A stretch of DNA of 64,000 bases from Labilithrix sp. (GTDB taxonomy: Bacteria > Myxococcota_A > Polyangia > Polyangiales > Polyangiaceae): contig JAHCIY010000002.1 in the NCBI GenBank assembly GCA_026128965.1, positions 1,872,468-1,936,467 on the forward strand, written 5' to 3'. A program made the translations under genes and the position numbers. Shown one piece after another: positions 28,701 through 37,945 of the stretch. The notes beneath the pieces were generated by a model, which saw only the letters and a program-made list of their open reading frames with translations, was not told the DNA's origin and ran no database searches. Numbering within the stretch: the stretch's first letter is position 1; every line of letters starts with the position of its first letter.

Positions 28701-28828
28701 GCCGCAACTGTGGCGCGGGCGACTCTCTTTCCGCGCGTTCGCCACGTCTTTCCGCGCTCTTTTCCGGTCACGACCGGCTCAGGTGCACGCGACGATCCGG
28801 GGCGCGGGGGAGGGGACTTTTGCCGCAT
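25757..28828 (-). CDS. large AsmA-like/TamB-like membrane-anchored protein (~1020 aa)
   Basis: Positively charged N-terminus then a single TM helix (ATVAAIVSLYLLYVVGINVFL), followed by a long beta-rich Ala/Asp/Gly-rich region. This architecture is typical of AsmA-family proteins. The stop overlaps the ACT gene ATG (ATGA). Confidence 0.55.
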   Translation of the reverse strand: MRQKSPPPRPGSSRAPEPVVTGKERGKTWRTRGKRVARATVAAIVSLYLLYVVGINVFLSTSLFDRVVNGDPVTLDIHYARGWSLFPGTIHAEHLSIRSSDSNVEWILKLDEVEFDLDFPALARRAFLVKRTHGKGISLRARQKLMKRPDTTEEIANLPPIPGFPAFSVRPADPHHPELWDDDQYELITAGIEDATAEDVREIWIDDARFSGHARVTGRFFLKPLRRVEIGKIDVAIESGQIDLGHDRPVVAAIAGKADVFAKPFDPRAVDGADVLRHFTIHTDLRGRSAELATFPIALPAGVYATGTIEARRVALSLEEGRLAAGTVVEAGAERVFVAKNGHFAEGALDLRAAIAHETDRDRLRAELHLQHTRLLRSDTTELLHAGELWLRGDSAALDLAEDGTLQDGHLALELPEATLPDLRVANCMLPCALFVHSGRATLAAQVELWPQAKRVAASTHLRYAGVHASSDAFDAESDGELRLSFGSARWDDGSIEGVSLLADVRDAVVTAGALRRGALHDAVIGVRAARIDANDPLAALDATITIAEGSGVELDVGAGGAAGKIAGDAHVSIEKRALAGFDARVRAPDLRARYGELRGRASVEASASSIEGVSSAKLRLAGVATDGGGVRADRARVAIRSSGGALDLALHVDGGRVEDASALRSLLPSSVAIATDDGRFDGGASIAVRGDVVRARVAMVTKGLGVHTPKVSAIADADVDVDVRRYDGETLSLGPSRVALTNVRSSLGRARTIEVDGVARDLDLEHPNLEVVDAHVALAGVTVPDARALQALVSPRSKVRITSGALRANGDVTFAGKDGASGAIAIDAQHAGLAIEQSSLEADLALRVKVAGVDARAATMDVSGTHLALRDVEVKNAAAETRGWSGDVVLDAALLGWGGGVPSFGADVALTADDARPVVGMLLRDHAPKFVGGLLTMPNLALRGRLDADPDEIALTDFYVHGGDVALRGSYAVRDGHERGAFVVSKSGVAVGLRVGDDGAHPRFFGLDRWLREEEGRVKAKH

Positions 28829-28853
28829 GATCGCGTAATAGAACGGGCGCCCG

Positions 28854-30416
28854 ATGATCCTCCGGCGGCTCGTTCCTGCGCTCACGCTCCTCGCCTTCGC
28901 GCCTGTCGCGTTGGGCCTCGGCGCGTGTGGTGGGACGACGGGACAGAACGCCGCCTCGCAGGTCCTCAAGACGCCGGAGCTCCCGGACGACGCGGAGGCG
29001 AAGTGCCGCGTCCGCAAGAGCCAGTCGGAGCCGCTCATCGTCGAGTGGCCGAACGGCGCGCGCGGTCGACTCGAGTCGACGACGCGGCGCGGGCTCATCC
29101 CGATCAAGTACGAGGGCTGCGAGCTCACGCAGCTCACCTCGTGCACGGTGAAGTCGTCGGTGGGCGCGTACGCGTACTGGCCGATCACGCGGAAGCAGAG
29201 CAAGGTCGTCATCAAGGACTCCGACGAGCTCTTCGCGAACATGCCGGTCGGCGCGCTGAAGCTCGAGGGCAAGCTCAAGTCGGCGGGGCAGCTCGACGTC
29301 AACATGACGATCATCGGCCGCTACGAAGCGCCGACGCACACGGTCTTCCGCAACGACCTCGAAGGCGCGGACTGCGACAAGGCCACCCACGTCATCGCCG
29401 CGATGACGGTCGGCTCCTTCACGTTCACCGCCGGCGCGGACGCCGAGGTGGGCGGCGGCGCCACGGTGGGGGCCGCCGGCGCGGGCGGCAAGAGCACCGC
29501 GAAGCGCGAGACGCTGCAGAGCGACGGCGACGAGGCCGCGTGCGCGCGCGCGAGCGCCAACGACAAGGGACCGCCCGAGGGCTGCGGCGCGCTCCTCCAG
29601 ATCGAGGTCGTGAACCTGACGAAGGGCTCGCGTCCGCCGCCGCCTCCGGTCGTCGCGCCCGTCCCGCCGCCGGTGGAGCCCACGCCGCCGGCGGTCGCGT
29701 CGAACACGACACCGTCAAAGCCGGTAAAGCCGCCTAAATGCAAAAAGGGCGAGAAGGTCGAGGACGGCGTCTGCGTGAAGGTCGGAAAGAAGTCGAAGCC
29801 GGTGATCATCGGCGCGATCGGCACCGGCACGGGCGCGGGCGGGCTCGGCGTGGGCGGCGGCGGCATCGGCTCGATCGCGCCGCTCCCGACCTGCGCCGCG
29901 GGGCAGCACCTCGAGAAGGGGCGCTGCGTCGAGGACCTTCCGCCGGAGCCGGCCCCGCCTCCGCCGCCGCCTCCTCCGAAGGAGTGCGCGTCGGGCATGC
30001 GGCTCGAGGGCGACGAGTGCGTCGCGGGCGAGCGTCAGGTCGCCGAAGAGGAGGCGAGGCCCAAGGCGACGCCGACGGTCTACGATCAGACGCCGGTCGA
30101 GCAGCGCGCGCCGAACCCGCTCCGCACGCTCTTCGGCTACAGCGCGATCGGCTTCGGCCTCGTGTTCAGCACCGCCGGGTACATCGCGCTCGGCTCGCTC
30201 GGCGCCGCGAACGACGGCTGCAAGGGCGGCACGTGCACGGCGGAGGGCAAGGACAAGCAGGGCCAGGCGATGACGGCGGCGATCGTCGCGGACGTCGCGC
30301 TGGGCCTCACGCTCGCGTCGCTGATCGGCTTCTTCCTCGTGCCGGCGACGGTGAAGGTCGGCGTCGCGCCGACGCCGAACGGCGGGGTCGCGTCGGCGGC
30401 GTGGAGGTTCCAGTGA
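28854..30416 (+). CDS. lipoprotein with Pro-rich linkers and C-terminal TM helices, unknown function
   Basis: MILRRLVPALTLLAFAPVALGLGACGG lipobox. PPPPVVAPVPPPVEPTPP and PPEPAPPPPPPPP linkers. C-terminal hydrophobic segments. Confidence 0.55.
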   Translation: MILRRLVPALTLLAFAPVALGLGACGGTTGQNAASQVLKTPELPDDAEAKCRVRKSQSEPLIVEWPNGARGRLESTTRRGLIPIKYEGCELTQLTSCTVKSSVGAYAYWPITRKQSKVVIKDSDELFANMPVGALKLEGKLKSAGQLDVNMTIIGRYEAPTHTVFRNDLEGADCDKATHVIAAMTVGSFTFTAGADAEVGGGATVGAAGAGGKSTAKRETLQSDGDEAACARASANDKGPPEGCGALLQIEVVNLTKGSRPPPPPVVAPVPPPVEPTPPAVASNTTPSKPVKPPKCKKGEKVEDGVCVKVGKKSKPVIIGAIGTGTGAGGLGVGGGGIGSIAPLPTCAAGQHLEKGRCVEDLPPEPAPPPPPPPPKECASGMRLEGDECVAGERQVAEEEARPKATPTVYDQTPVEQRAPNPLRTLFGYSAIGFGLVFSTAGYIALGSLGAANDGCKGGTCTAEGKDKQGQAMTAAIVADVALGLTLASLIGFFLVPATVKVGVAPTPNGGVASAAWRFQ

Positions 30417-31270
30417 GCCGCGCCTCCACCGCGGCGGCGATCGTGGTCGCGTTCACGGGCGCCGCGTGCACCGCCATCGTCGTCGGCAGCATCGGCGAAA
30501 AGTCCGACTGGCCCGAACGCGACGGCGCCTCGTCATCGAGCACGACCAGCTCGAGCGGCTCGAGCTCGAGCAGCGGGGGAGAGGAGGAGGACAACGAATG
30601 CTCGCTCCTCCTCGTGCGCAAAGGCAGTCCGCTCGACAAGGACAACCGCTGCGCGCGTTGCATCAACGAGTATTGCGACGACCACGTCGAGCTCGCATGC
30701 AACCGGGAGGGCCAGGCGAAGCCCTGGTTCCAGACGTTGAAGAACTGCGCGCGGAACCCCTGGGACGGGTACCCCGAGCCGGACAGCGGCGGGAGCTTCT
30801 CGTGGGGCTGCGGCAGGTACGAGAAGGTCGAGCCGCTCGTCGAAGGCGATCAGCAGAGCGACAACGCGCGCCAGCGTGCGTCGGAGCACTGCGTCCACGA
30901 CAACTGCTTGCAGGGCGCGGAGCCGGAGTGCCGGCTCTGCGAGGTGTCGAAGACGAAGGGCACGACGTCGGAGCGGCAACGCCTGCGCGACGACAAGTGC
31001 GGGAGCTGCTTCACCGAGAACTGCAACGCCGTGCTCGTGGAGTGTTGCGACCTCCCGATCATGGACGACTACATCGCGGCGTGCGCGTACACGAACGAGA
31101 AGGCCAACAAGCGCAAGTGCGGCGAGATCGGCGACGCGGGGTTGGTGGACGCGGGCGACTGGAAGCCGCTCGGATCGCGCTACGGCGCGGAGGACCAGGC
31201 GTGCGCGAAGAAGCTGGGCGAGTGCTTCAACACGCATTGTGCGGCCAAGAAGGAGTGCCAGGACGAATGA
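30413..31270 (+). CDS. cysteine-rich secreted protein (~30 Cys), unknown function
   Basis: GTGA overlap with the upstream gene. It has a hydrophobic N-terminus and an Ser/Glu low-complexity stretch, followed by dense CxxC/CC motifs (NRCARCINEYCDDH, ECRLCEV, CGSCFTENCNAVLVECCD). Confidence 0.55.
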   Translation: MSRASTAAAIVVAFTGAACTAIVVGSIGEKSDWPERDGASSSSTTSSSGSSSSSGGEEEDNECSLLLVRKGSPLDKDNRCARCINEYCDDHVELACNREGQAKPWFQTLKNCARNPWDGYPEPDSGGSFSWGCGRYEKVEPLVEGDQQSDNARQRASEHCVHDNCLQGAEPECRLCEVSKTKGTTSERQRLRDDKCGSCFTENCNAVLVECCDLPIMDDYIAACAYTNEKANKRKCGEIGDAGLVDAGDWKPLGSRYGAEDQACAKKLGECFNTHCAAKKECQDE

Positions 31271-31770
31271 CCGCTCGCCGCGCGCTCGCCTCGCTGATCG
31301 TGCTCGGCGCGTGCGGCGGCTCCACGCCCGCCGCGGCGCCGCCGTCGTCGAAGAGCTCGTTGCTCGGGGAGGCCGCGCCCTCGTTCAAGCGGGAGGCGCT
31401 CGATGGGACGAAGGTGGAGGTCGGCGCGGCGTCGGGCAAGGTCTCGGTCGTGAAGTTCGTCGCGAAGTACTGCAAGCCGTGCACGCGGACGTTGCCTGCG
31501 ATCCAGAAGCTCTACGCCGAGCGTCCCGACATCGCGATCGTCGCGGTGTCCGAGGACGAGCACGAGAGCGAGGCGCGCGAGCTCGTCGCGACGTATCACC
31601 TCACGTTCCCCGTCGTGCACGACGCGCAGCAGGTGCTCGCGGCGCGCTGGCGCGTCGCCGACCTGCCGATCACCTTCGTGCTCGACGGGAAGGGGAGCGT
31701 CGCGTGGGTCGGCGGGCCCGAGAAGACCGAGTCGGACCTCGTCGCCGCGATCGAAGCGACGAAGCCCTGA
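31267..31770 (+). CDS. TlpA/ResA-like thioredoxin-fold thiol:disulfide oxidoreductase lipoprotein
   Basis: ATGA overlap with the Cys-rich gene. LIVLGACGG lipobox. VVKFVAKYCKPCTRTLP has a CxxC redoxin active site, and the remainder is a thioredoxin fold. Confidence 0.8.
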   Translation: MTARRALASLIVLGACGGSTPAAAPPSSKSSLLGEAAPSFKREALDGTKVEVGAASGKVSVVKFVAKYCKPCTRTLPAIQKLYAERPDIAIVAVSEDEHESEARELVATYHLTFPVVHDAQQVLAARWRVADLPITFVLDGKGSVAWVGGPEKTESDLVAAIEATKP

Positions 31771-31813
31771 GCCGGCTTGGGCGCGCGCACGCTCCGTGCT
31801 ACGCGCGAGCGGC

Positions 31814-32431
<618 letters not shown>

Positions 32432-32539
32432 GGTTGTGCCAGGGGATGCCACCGCGACGGCGGTGTCCTGCTCCGTGAGCTGCTCCCGCGCGATCCCGCG
32501 GAGTTACGGCGCGGAACGCGGCGTGCTACTCGCGCGCGT

Positions 32540-33238
32540 ATGACGTCGTCCTTCCTCCGCGCGGGCGCGAGCGCGTCCCTCGCCGTCGCCACGTTGCTCG
32601 TCGCCGCGTGCTCCGGCTCCGACCTGTCGACGGACCTCGAGACGGGCACGTCGAGCTCCGGCGGACGTCGCAGCAGCTCGAGCGGCACGAGCGGCACGGG
32701 CGGCTGGTGGAGCGGCAGCTCCGGCGTCTCGCCCGGATATCCCGGGCATCCCGGCACCAGCGGCGGTTGGTCGTCGTCGTCGGGGGCCATCGACGGCGGG
32801 CCGGCGTTCGTCGACCGGCTCGACCTCGGATCCGTTCGGACGATCACGGTCGGCAAGGACGTCTGCGGGAAGCCGCCGGGCACGTGTTTGGATGCGCAGT
32901 CCTTCACCGTCGACTTCGACAAGGGAACCGTCACGCACACCACGTGCGTCGAAATCGCGACGCCCGACGCGGGGCCGTTCGGCGGCAAGACGACGAACGC
33001 GGAGACGACGAAGCCGATCGCGGACGTGCAGCTGAAGGGCGTCTACGAGGCGCTCGGCGAGGTCCGCCTCTCGCCGGAGGGGTTCAACGGCTTCGACGGC
33101 CCGATCGACACCCTCGAGGTCACGACGCGCTCGGGCGAGACTCGGCTTTACTCGCCGTTCGCGGGGTGCAGTCAGGACAGGTTCACGAAGATGACCGAGG
33201 GCTTCGAGGGCCTCTGGCAGTCGGTCAGCACGCTCTGA
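32540..33238 (+). CDS. lipoprotein, paralog B
   Basis: LLVAACSG lipobox and a Ser/Gly-rich linker. The same conserved blocks appear: TVGKDVCGKPPGTCLDAQSFTVDF, THTTCVEI, DTLEV, GFEGLW. Confidence 0.6.
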   Translation: MTSSFLRAGASASLAVATLLVAACSGSDLSTDLETGTSSSGGRRSSSSGTSGTGGWWSGSSGVSPGYPGHPGTSGGWSSSSGAIDGGPAFVDRLDLGSVRTITVGKDVCGKPPGTCLDAQSFTVDFDKGTVTHTTCVEIATPDAGPFGGKTTNAETTKPIADVQLKGVYEALGEVRLSPEGFNGFDGPIDTLEVTTRSGETRLYSPFAGCSQDRFTKMTEGFEGLWQSVSTL

Positions 33239-33243
33239 TCGGA

Positions 33244-34173
33244 TCAGTGCTGCGCGAGGTTCTTGTAGCTCTTCGGGATCGTGAAGCCCGCCGCGTCGAC
33301 GGGGTGCGCGTCGAGCTTCGTGACTTGCAACTTCGTTTTGTCGTTTTCGGTAATTCGTAGTGGGAATACCGCGCGGACGGTGAGCTCCTTCTCCCACGCC
33401 GCGACCGCGCGGCCGGAGGGATCGACGAAAGAGCCGCCCTTGACGACGCACGCCTCGCGCATCGTCTTGCCTTCTTCGATTTGCCAAATATCGCACTCGC
33501 GATCGGCGACTTTGTCCTTCTTGTCCGTCTTCGTGACCTTCGCGTCGCCGCCGCCGCCGAGCTGGCTCGCGGCGAACGTCTTCTTGTCGTCGTCGACCTG
33601 ATAGACGCGGAGCGTGGACGTGTCGACGATCGTGCGCCCGTGCTTCGCCCCCACCACCCGGAGCAAGGTGCCCTTCACCTCGACCGTCGTCTTCGTGCTA
33701 CCGCGCTCGACCGTGATCTCGCCCTCGAGCTGATCGGGATTGGCGGGGACGTCGAGCCACGAGTCGGACTTCGCGGCCGCCGCGCCCGCGTCGCCGCGCT
33801 TCTTCGCCTTCCGCGCGTCGAGGAGCGCCTGCGGGAAGCAATAGCCGCCTTCGAGCGGGCGGCCGCGCTCGTCGTAGTCGTCGAGCTGGACCTTGATGCA
33901 CTTGATGTCGGCCGCGCACTCGCTGTCGTCGTCGCAAGGGCGGGTGCACACCCCGTCGCCCTCGACGTCCTGCTTCATGCAACGCGGCGCCTCCTTCTGG
34001 CAGTGCATGTCGTAGGTGCAGACGCCGCCGAGCGGCTCCTTCTTGACGAGGTAACGCGTGTAGATCCAGCCGCCGGCGCACGCGAGCGCGAGGGCGAAGA
34101 CGAGGACGCGGCGGATGATCGTCGCCTTCGACGTCTTCTTCGGCTCGTCGTCGTCGTCCGGGAGGTTCGTCAT
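33244..34173 (-). CDS. membrane-anchored protein with extracytoplasmic Cys-rich module, unknown function
   Basis: Charged N-terminus, a TM helix VLVFALALACAGGWIY, then CTYDMHCQKEAPRCMKQ...CTRPCDDDSECAADIKC. It is divergent from the radical SAM gene. Confidence 0.5.
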   Translation of the reverse strand: MTNLPDDDDEPKKTSKATIIRRVLVFALALACAGGWIYTRYLVKKEPLGGVCTYDMHCQKEAPRCMKQDVEGDGVCTRPCDDDSECAADIKCIKVQLDDYDERGRPLEGGYCFPQALLDARKAKKRGDAGAAAAKSDSWLDVPANPDQLEGEITVERGSTKTTVEVKGTLLRVVGAKHGRTIVDTSTLRVYQVDDDKKTFAASQLGGGGDAKVTKTDKKDKVADRECDIWQIEEGKTMREACVVKGGSFVDPSGRAVAAWEKELTVRAVFPLRITENDKTKLQVTKLDAHPVDAAGFTIPKSYKNLAQH

Positions 34174-34192
34174 CGCGCTAGTCTACGGCGCA

Positions 34193-35425
34193 ATGAGCGG
34201 ACGTCGCCTGCCGATCGCCCCCGTCGCCGAGCCCGCGAAGCGGCGGCGGCTGCCGCTCGCGGACGCGGCGCGCCCCGTCGACGAGGCGTGCACCCCGCTG
34301 TACGCGGTCTGGGAGATCACGCTCGCGTGCGACCTCGCGTGCCGTCACTGCGGCTCGCGCGCGGGCAAGCCGCGGCCCGACGAGCTCACCACCGCGGAGG
34401 CGCTCGACCTCGTCGCGCAGATGACGGACCTCGGCGTGAAGGAGGTGACGCTCATCGGCGGCGAGGCGTACCTGCGCGCCGACTGGCTCGACATCGTGCG
34501 CGCCTTCGCCGCTCGCGGCGTCCTCGTGAACGTCACGACCGGCGGGCGCGGCTTCACGCTCGAGCGCGCCCGCGCGGCTCGCGACGCGGGCGTCGAAGGG
34601 ATCAGCGTCTCCGTCGACGGGCTCCGCGCGACGCACGATCGGCTCCGCGCGGTGAGCGGCAGCTTCGACGGCGCGATGAGCGCGCTCGCGCACGGGCGCG
34701 CGGTGGGGCTCCGCCTCTCCGCGAACACGCAGATCAACCAGTGGAACCGGCACGAGCTCGGCGACCTCCTCGAGCTCCTCCTCGCGCAGGGCATCACCGG
34801 CTGGCAGCCGCAGCTCACCGCCGCGATGGGCCGCGCCGCGGACGAGGACGCGCTCCTCCTCGAGCCGTGGCACCTCGTCGATCTGTTCCCCGAGCTCGCG
34901 CGGCTCAAGGCGCGCTGCGACGAGGCCGACGTCCTCTTCTGGCCCGGCAACAGCCTCGGCTACTACGGGCCCTACGAAGAGCAGCTCCGCGCCGCGTTCC
35001 CGGCCGGTCACCGCGGCGCGTGCGGCGCCGGCATCAAGACGATGGGGATCGAGGCCAACGGCGACGTCAAGGGCTGTCCGTCGCTGCCGACGGAGGCCTA
35101 CGTCGGCGCGAACGTCCGCGACGCGTCGCTCCGCGACATCTGGCGACGTTCGCATCGCCTGCGCTTCACGCGCGATCAGACGGTGGCCGATCTCTCCGGC
35201 TTCTGCGCGACCTGCTACTACGCGAACGAGTGCCGGGCGGGCTGCAACTTCACGGCCCACGTCCTGCTCGGGAAGATCGGCGACAACCCGTTTTGCCATC
35301 ACCGCGCGCTGATGCTCAAAGAGGAGGGGCTCCGCGAGCGTGTCGTCCGCGTCGCCCCCGCACCCGGGACGCCGTTCGATCATGGCCGCTTCGAAATCGT
35401 TCGCGAGCCGTGGTCCGTTTCGTGA
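34193..35425 (+). CDS. radical SAM enzyme with C-terminal SPASM-type auxiliary-cluster domain
   Basis: CDLACRHC is CxxxCxxC. LIGGEAYL is GGEP-like. C-terminal cysteines follow the SPASM pattern: GCPSLP...CATCYYANECRAGCNFTAH. Confidence 0.8.
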   Translation: MSGRRLPIAPVAEPAKRRRLPLADAARPVDEACTPLYAVWEITLACDLACRHCGSRAGKPRPDELTTAEALDLVAQMTDLGVKEVTLIGGEAYLRADWLDIVRAFAARGVLVNVTTGGRGFTLERARAARDAGVEGISVSVDGLRATHDRLRAVSGSFDGAMSALAHGRAVGLRLSANTQINQWNRHELGDLLELLLAQGITGWQPQLTAAMGRAADEDALLLEPWHLVDLFPELARLKARCDEADVLFWPGNSLGYYGPYEEQLRAAFPAGHRGACGAGIKTMGIEANGDVKGCPSLPTEAYVGANVRDASLRDIWRRSHRLRFTRDQTVADLSGFCATCYYANECRAGCNFTAHVLLGKIGDNPFCHHRALMLKEEGLRERVVRVAPAPGTPFDHGRFEIVREPWSVS

Positions 35426-35437
35426 GAGGATCGCCGC

Positions 35438-35812
35438 ATGCCGCTCGTCCCGTGTGAGTCGTGCCGCCGCCACGTCCGCGCCGCCGAGGCGTCGTGTCCG
35501 TTCTGCAAGACGACGCGCGCGACGGCGATCGTCGCCGCGATCGCGGGCTCCGCCCTCCTCATCGCGGGCTGCGAGACGTTCAGCCCCGCCAGCAAGTACG
35601 GCGGTCCGCCGCCGGGCTACGACCCTCCGCGCGCCGACGTGGACGCGGCCGCGGCGGTGGTCGAGCCGACCGCGACCGCCGAGCCGCCGGCGGCGCCCAC
35701 CGCGACGCCGTCGACGACGGCGAGCTCGCCGCGCCTGAGCGACACGCCGAACCCCGACAACGATCGCGTCGTCGCGCCGGTCGCGAAGTACGGCGGCCCG
35801 CCGCGACGCTGA
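35438..35812 (+). CDS. zinc-ribbon / single-TM protein with KYGGPP repeats
   Basis: CESCRRH...CPFC (CxxC..CxxC), then a TM helix AIVAAIAGSALLIAGC, then a Pro/Ala-rich tail with SKYGGPPPGYDPP and AKYGGPPRR. Confidence 0.45.
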   Translation: MPLVPCESCRRHVRAAEASCPFCKTTRATAIVAAIAGSALLIAGCETFSPASKYGGPPPGYDPPRADVDAAAAVVEPTATAEPPAAPTATPSTTASSPRLSDTPNPDNDRVVAPVAKYGGPPRR

Positions 35813-35831
35813 CCCCGAGCCTCCGAGGCAC

Positions 35832-36198
35832 CTTGGTCACCGAGTACACGCTTCGCCTCCATTCGATTCGCTTCCGGACCAACATGGGCGCGTCGCGCTC
35901 CGAGCGGGAGATCCCGCAGGAGATCGTCGTCGACGTCGAGCTCACGCTGCCGACGAGCGCGCTGCCGAAGCGCGATCTCCGCCGCGACGCGGTGGACTAC
36001 GGCGTCATCGCCGACCTCGTCGTGGAGGAGGGCCTCGCGGAGGAGTACCACCTCCTCGAGACGTACGCGGCGAAGCTCGTGAACCGCCTCCTCGCCGAGA
36101 CCCCCGCGACGCGCGTCAAGGTCGGCACGACGAAGCTCCGCGTCCCGACCTCCCACTCCGTCGACCGCGCCGTCGTCGAGCTCGTCGCGACGCGCTAG
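35832..36198 (+). CDS. folB: dihydroneopterin aldolase (FolB family)
   Basis: IRFRTNMGASRSEREIPQEIVVDVELTL...DYGVIADLV...LLETYAAKL aligns with FolB blocks. The TTG start is inferred. Confidence 0.65.
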
Positions 36199-36199
36199 C

Positions 36200-36985
36200 T
36201 CACGTCGGGTCGGGCGACTTCTTCGGTTGCTGGGCGCGCAGCCACGAGAGGGCGTGCAGCATGTGGATGTCGGAGAACATGTGGCCGACCTTCTGCTCGT
36301 CGACGCGGTGGACGAAGCCGCGCGCCGCGAGGGCGCCGCCGAAGGCGCGCGAGTGATTCGCGGTCTGCTTGTCCTCGGTGCAGACGCCGACGTAGACGGG
36401 GGCCTTCGGGGCGGGCTCCTCCGCCGCCGCGTACGCGACGCCCGCGCCGCCGGCGAAGACCGCGTAGCCGTCGAAGCGCGCGCGGCCGCGGAGGACGAGC
36501 GAGCTCGTGAAGTACGCGCCGCTCGAGAAGCCCATCAAGAAGACTTCGTCGTACTTGCCGTTCTTCTTCTCGAGGTACGCGCGCGCCTCGTTCCAGCCGT
36601 CGATGAGCGCCTGCTCGTGCTGCTCCTGCGCCTCTTTGCTGCCGGGCCAGAGGTAGCCGCCGGGCATGAGCGGCGCGCGCGCGAAGACCGCCTCGAACTT
36701 GCTCGCCTTCGCCTGCCGCGTGAGCGCGCGCTCCTGGAGCCACTGCCAGTCGACGTCCTTCGCGATCGCGCCGTGGAGGAACACGACCAGCGTCCGCCGC
36801 CCGTCGGCCGGCTGCCCGCCGTCGATGTGACAGAGCCCGTTCGGCAACGTCGTCGTCCCTTCGCCGCACCACGCGACGGGCCCCGACGGCTTCTTCGCCG
36901 CCGCCTTCACCTTCGGCGCCGCGCCCGCGACGCCACAAACCGTGAGCGCGACCGCGCACACAAGGAGCCCGAGCTTCCTCTCCAT
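36200..36985 (-). CDS. secreted alpha/beta-hydrolase esterase (GxSxG)
   Basis: Signal peptide MERKLGLLVCAVALTVCGVAGA. TLVVFLHG is an oxyanion-region motif and FLMGFSSGAYF is the nucleophile elbow. Confidence 0.7.
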   Translation of the reverse strand: MERKLGLLVCAVALTVCGVAGAAPKVKAAAKKPSGPVAWCGEGTTTLPNGLCHIDGGQPADGRRTLVVFLHGAIAKDVDWQWLQERALTRQAKASKFEAVFARAPLMPGGYLWPGSKEAQEQHEQALIDGWNEARAYLEKKNGKYDEVFLMGFSSGAYFTSSLVLRGRARFDGYAVFAGGAGVAYAAAEEPAPKAPVYVGVCTEDKQTANHSRAFGGALAARGFVHRVDEQKVGHMFSDIHMLHALSWLRAQQPKKSPDPT

Positions 36986-37026
36986 GCGGCGGCCGTAACA
37001 CGATACGGCGCGCGCTGGTCGGAAAT

Positions 37027-37917
37027 TCAGCCGAACGCGGCGAGCGTGTCGTGGGCTTCGCGGGCGAGGTCTTCGACGATGGCGCCCATCGGCTTTACCT
37101 CGTGGATGAGGCCTACGCCTTGGCCGGCGCTCCAGATGTCCTTCCAGCGCTTCGCGCCTTCGGGGGTGCGGTCCGGGGTGAAGCCGTCGGGCACGGTGCT
37201 CTTGATGAAGCTCGCGTGGATGCCCGAGACCGCGTCCGTGTACACGATGTCCTCCGGGCCCGACGTGACGACGGCTTGCTTGTACGCGTCGGCCGCGCCG
37301 CACTCCGTCGACGCGATGAAGCGCGTGCCGATGTAGCAGAGCTCCGCGCCGAGGCTCAGGCTCGCCACGACCTGACGGCCGTCGCTGATGCAGCCCGCGG
37401 CGAGGATCGGGACCTTCAGCTCCTCCTTCAGCCACGGGATGAGGACGTACGGCGAGATGCGGCCCGCGTGTCCGCCCGCGCCGGCGGAGACCGCGATGAT
37501 GCCGTCGACGCCCGCCGCGACGGCCTTCTTGCCGTGCGCGAGCGAGATGACGTCGTGGAACACGTGCATCGCGTGCGCGTGCGCCTCCTTCGTGAGCGCG
37601 GTCGGGTTGCCGTAGCTGGTGAGCAGGACCGGGACCTCGAACTCGATGCAGAGCGCCATGTCCGCCGCGACGCGCTCGGGCGCGGTGAGGCCGATCGTGA
37701 TGTTGATGCCGAAGGCGCGATCGGTCTTCTGCCGGATCCACGCGAGGTCCTCGCGGAGCTTCTCCGGCGTGCGCGCGTTGAGCGACGGCATGCAGCCGAG
37801 GATCCCGGCCTCTGCGGCCGCCACGATCATCTCCTTGTTCGAGATGATGAACATGGGCGCAGCGACGAACGGGTACTTGAGGCCGAGCTTCTTGCTCAGC
37901 GGGGTCGACAGCTTCAT
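37027..37917 (-). CDS. nitronate monooxygenase / 2-nitropropane dioxygenase-like FMN enzyme
   Basis: LGLKYPFVAAPM, GINI, DGIIAVSAGAGGH, ILAAGCISDGRQVVASLSLGAE. An alternative upstream TTG start lies at 37959. Confidence 0.8.
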   Translation of the reverse strand: MKLSTPLSKKLGLKYPFVAAPMFIISNKEMIVAAAEAGILGCMPSLNARTPEKLREDLAWIRQKTDRAFGINITIGLTAPERVAADMALCIEFEVPVLLTSYGNPTALTKEAHAHAMHVFHDVISLAHGKKAVAAGVDGIIAVSAGAGGHAGRISPYVLIPWLKEELKVPILAAGCISDGRQVVASLSLGAELCYIGTRFIASTECGAADAYKQAVVTSGPEDIVYTDAVSGIHASFIKSTVPDGFTPDRTPEGAKRWKDIWSAGQGVGLIHEVKPMGAIVEDLAREAHDTLAAFG

Positions 37918-37945
37918 CGCGCACGACGTTACACTGGGGCGGAGC

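Noticed and set aside
24954-28745. 1263-aa minus-strand ORF dominated by Arg/Pro/Ala (RRRRPR...)
   Set aside because: It has the composition typical of an out-of-frame read of high-GC DNA. The real genes here are the ACT protein (24954..25757) and the AsmA-like protein in another frame.
25760-29737. 1325-aa plus-strand ORF antisense to the AsmA-like gene
   Set aside because: Antisense GC-frame artefact. Low-complexity Arg/Asp/Glu composition and no domain.
34115-34192. Upstream extension of the radical SAM ORF (start 34115)
   Set aside because: It would overlap the divergent gene's start. ATG 34193 gives a sensible N-terminus just before the CxxxCxxC motif.
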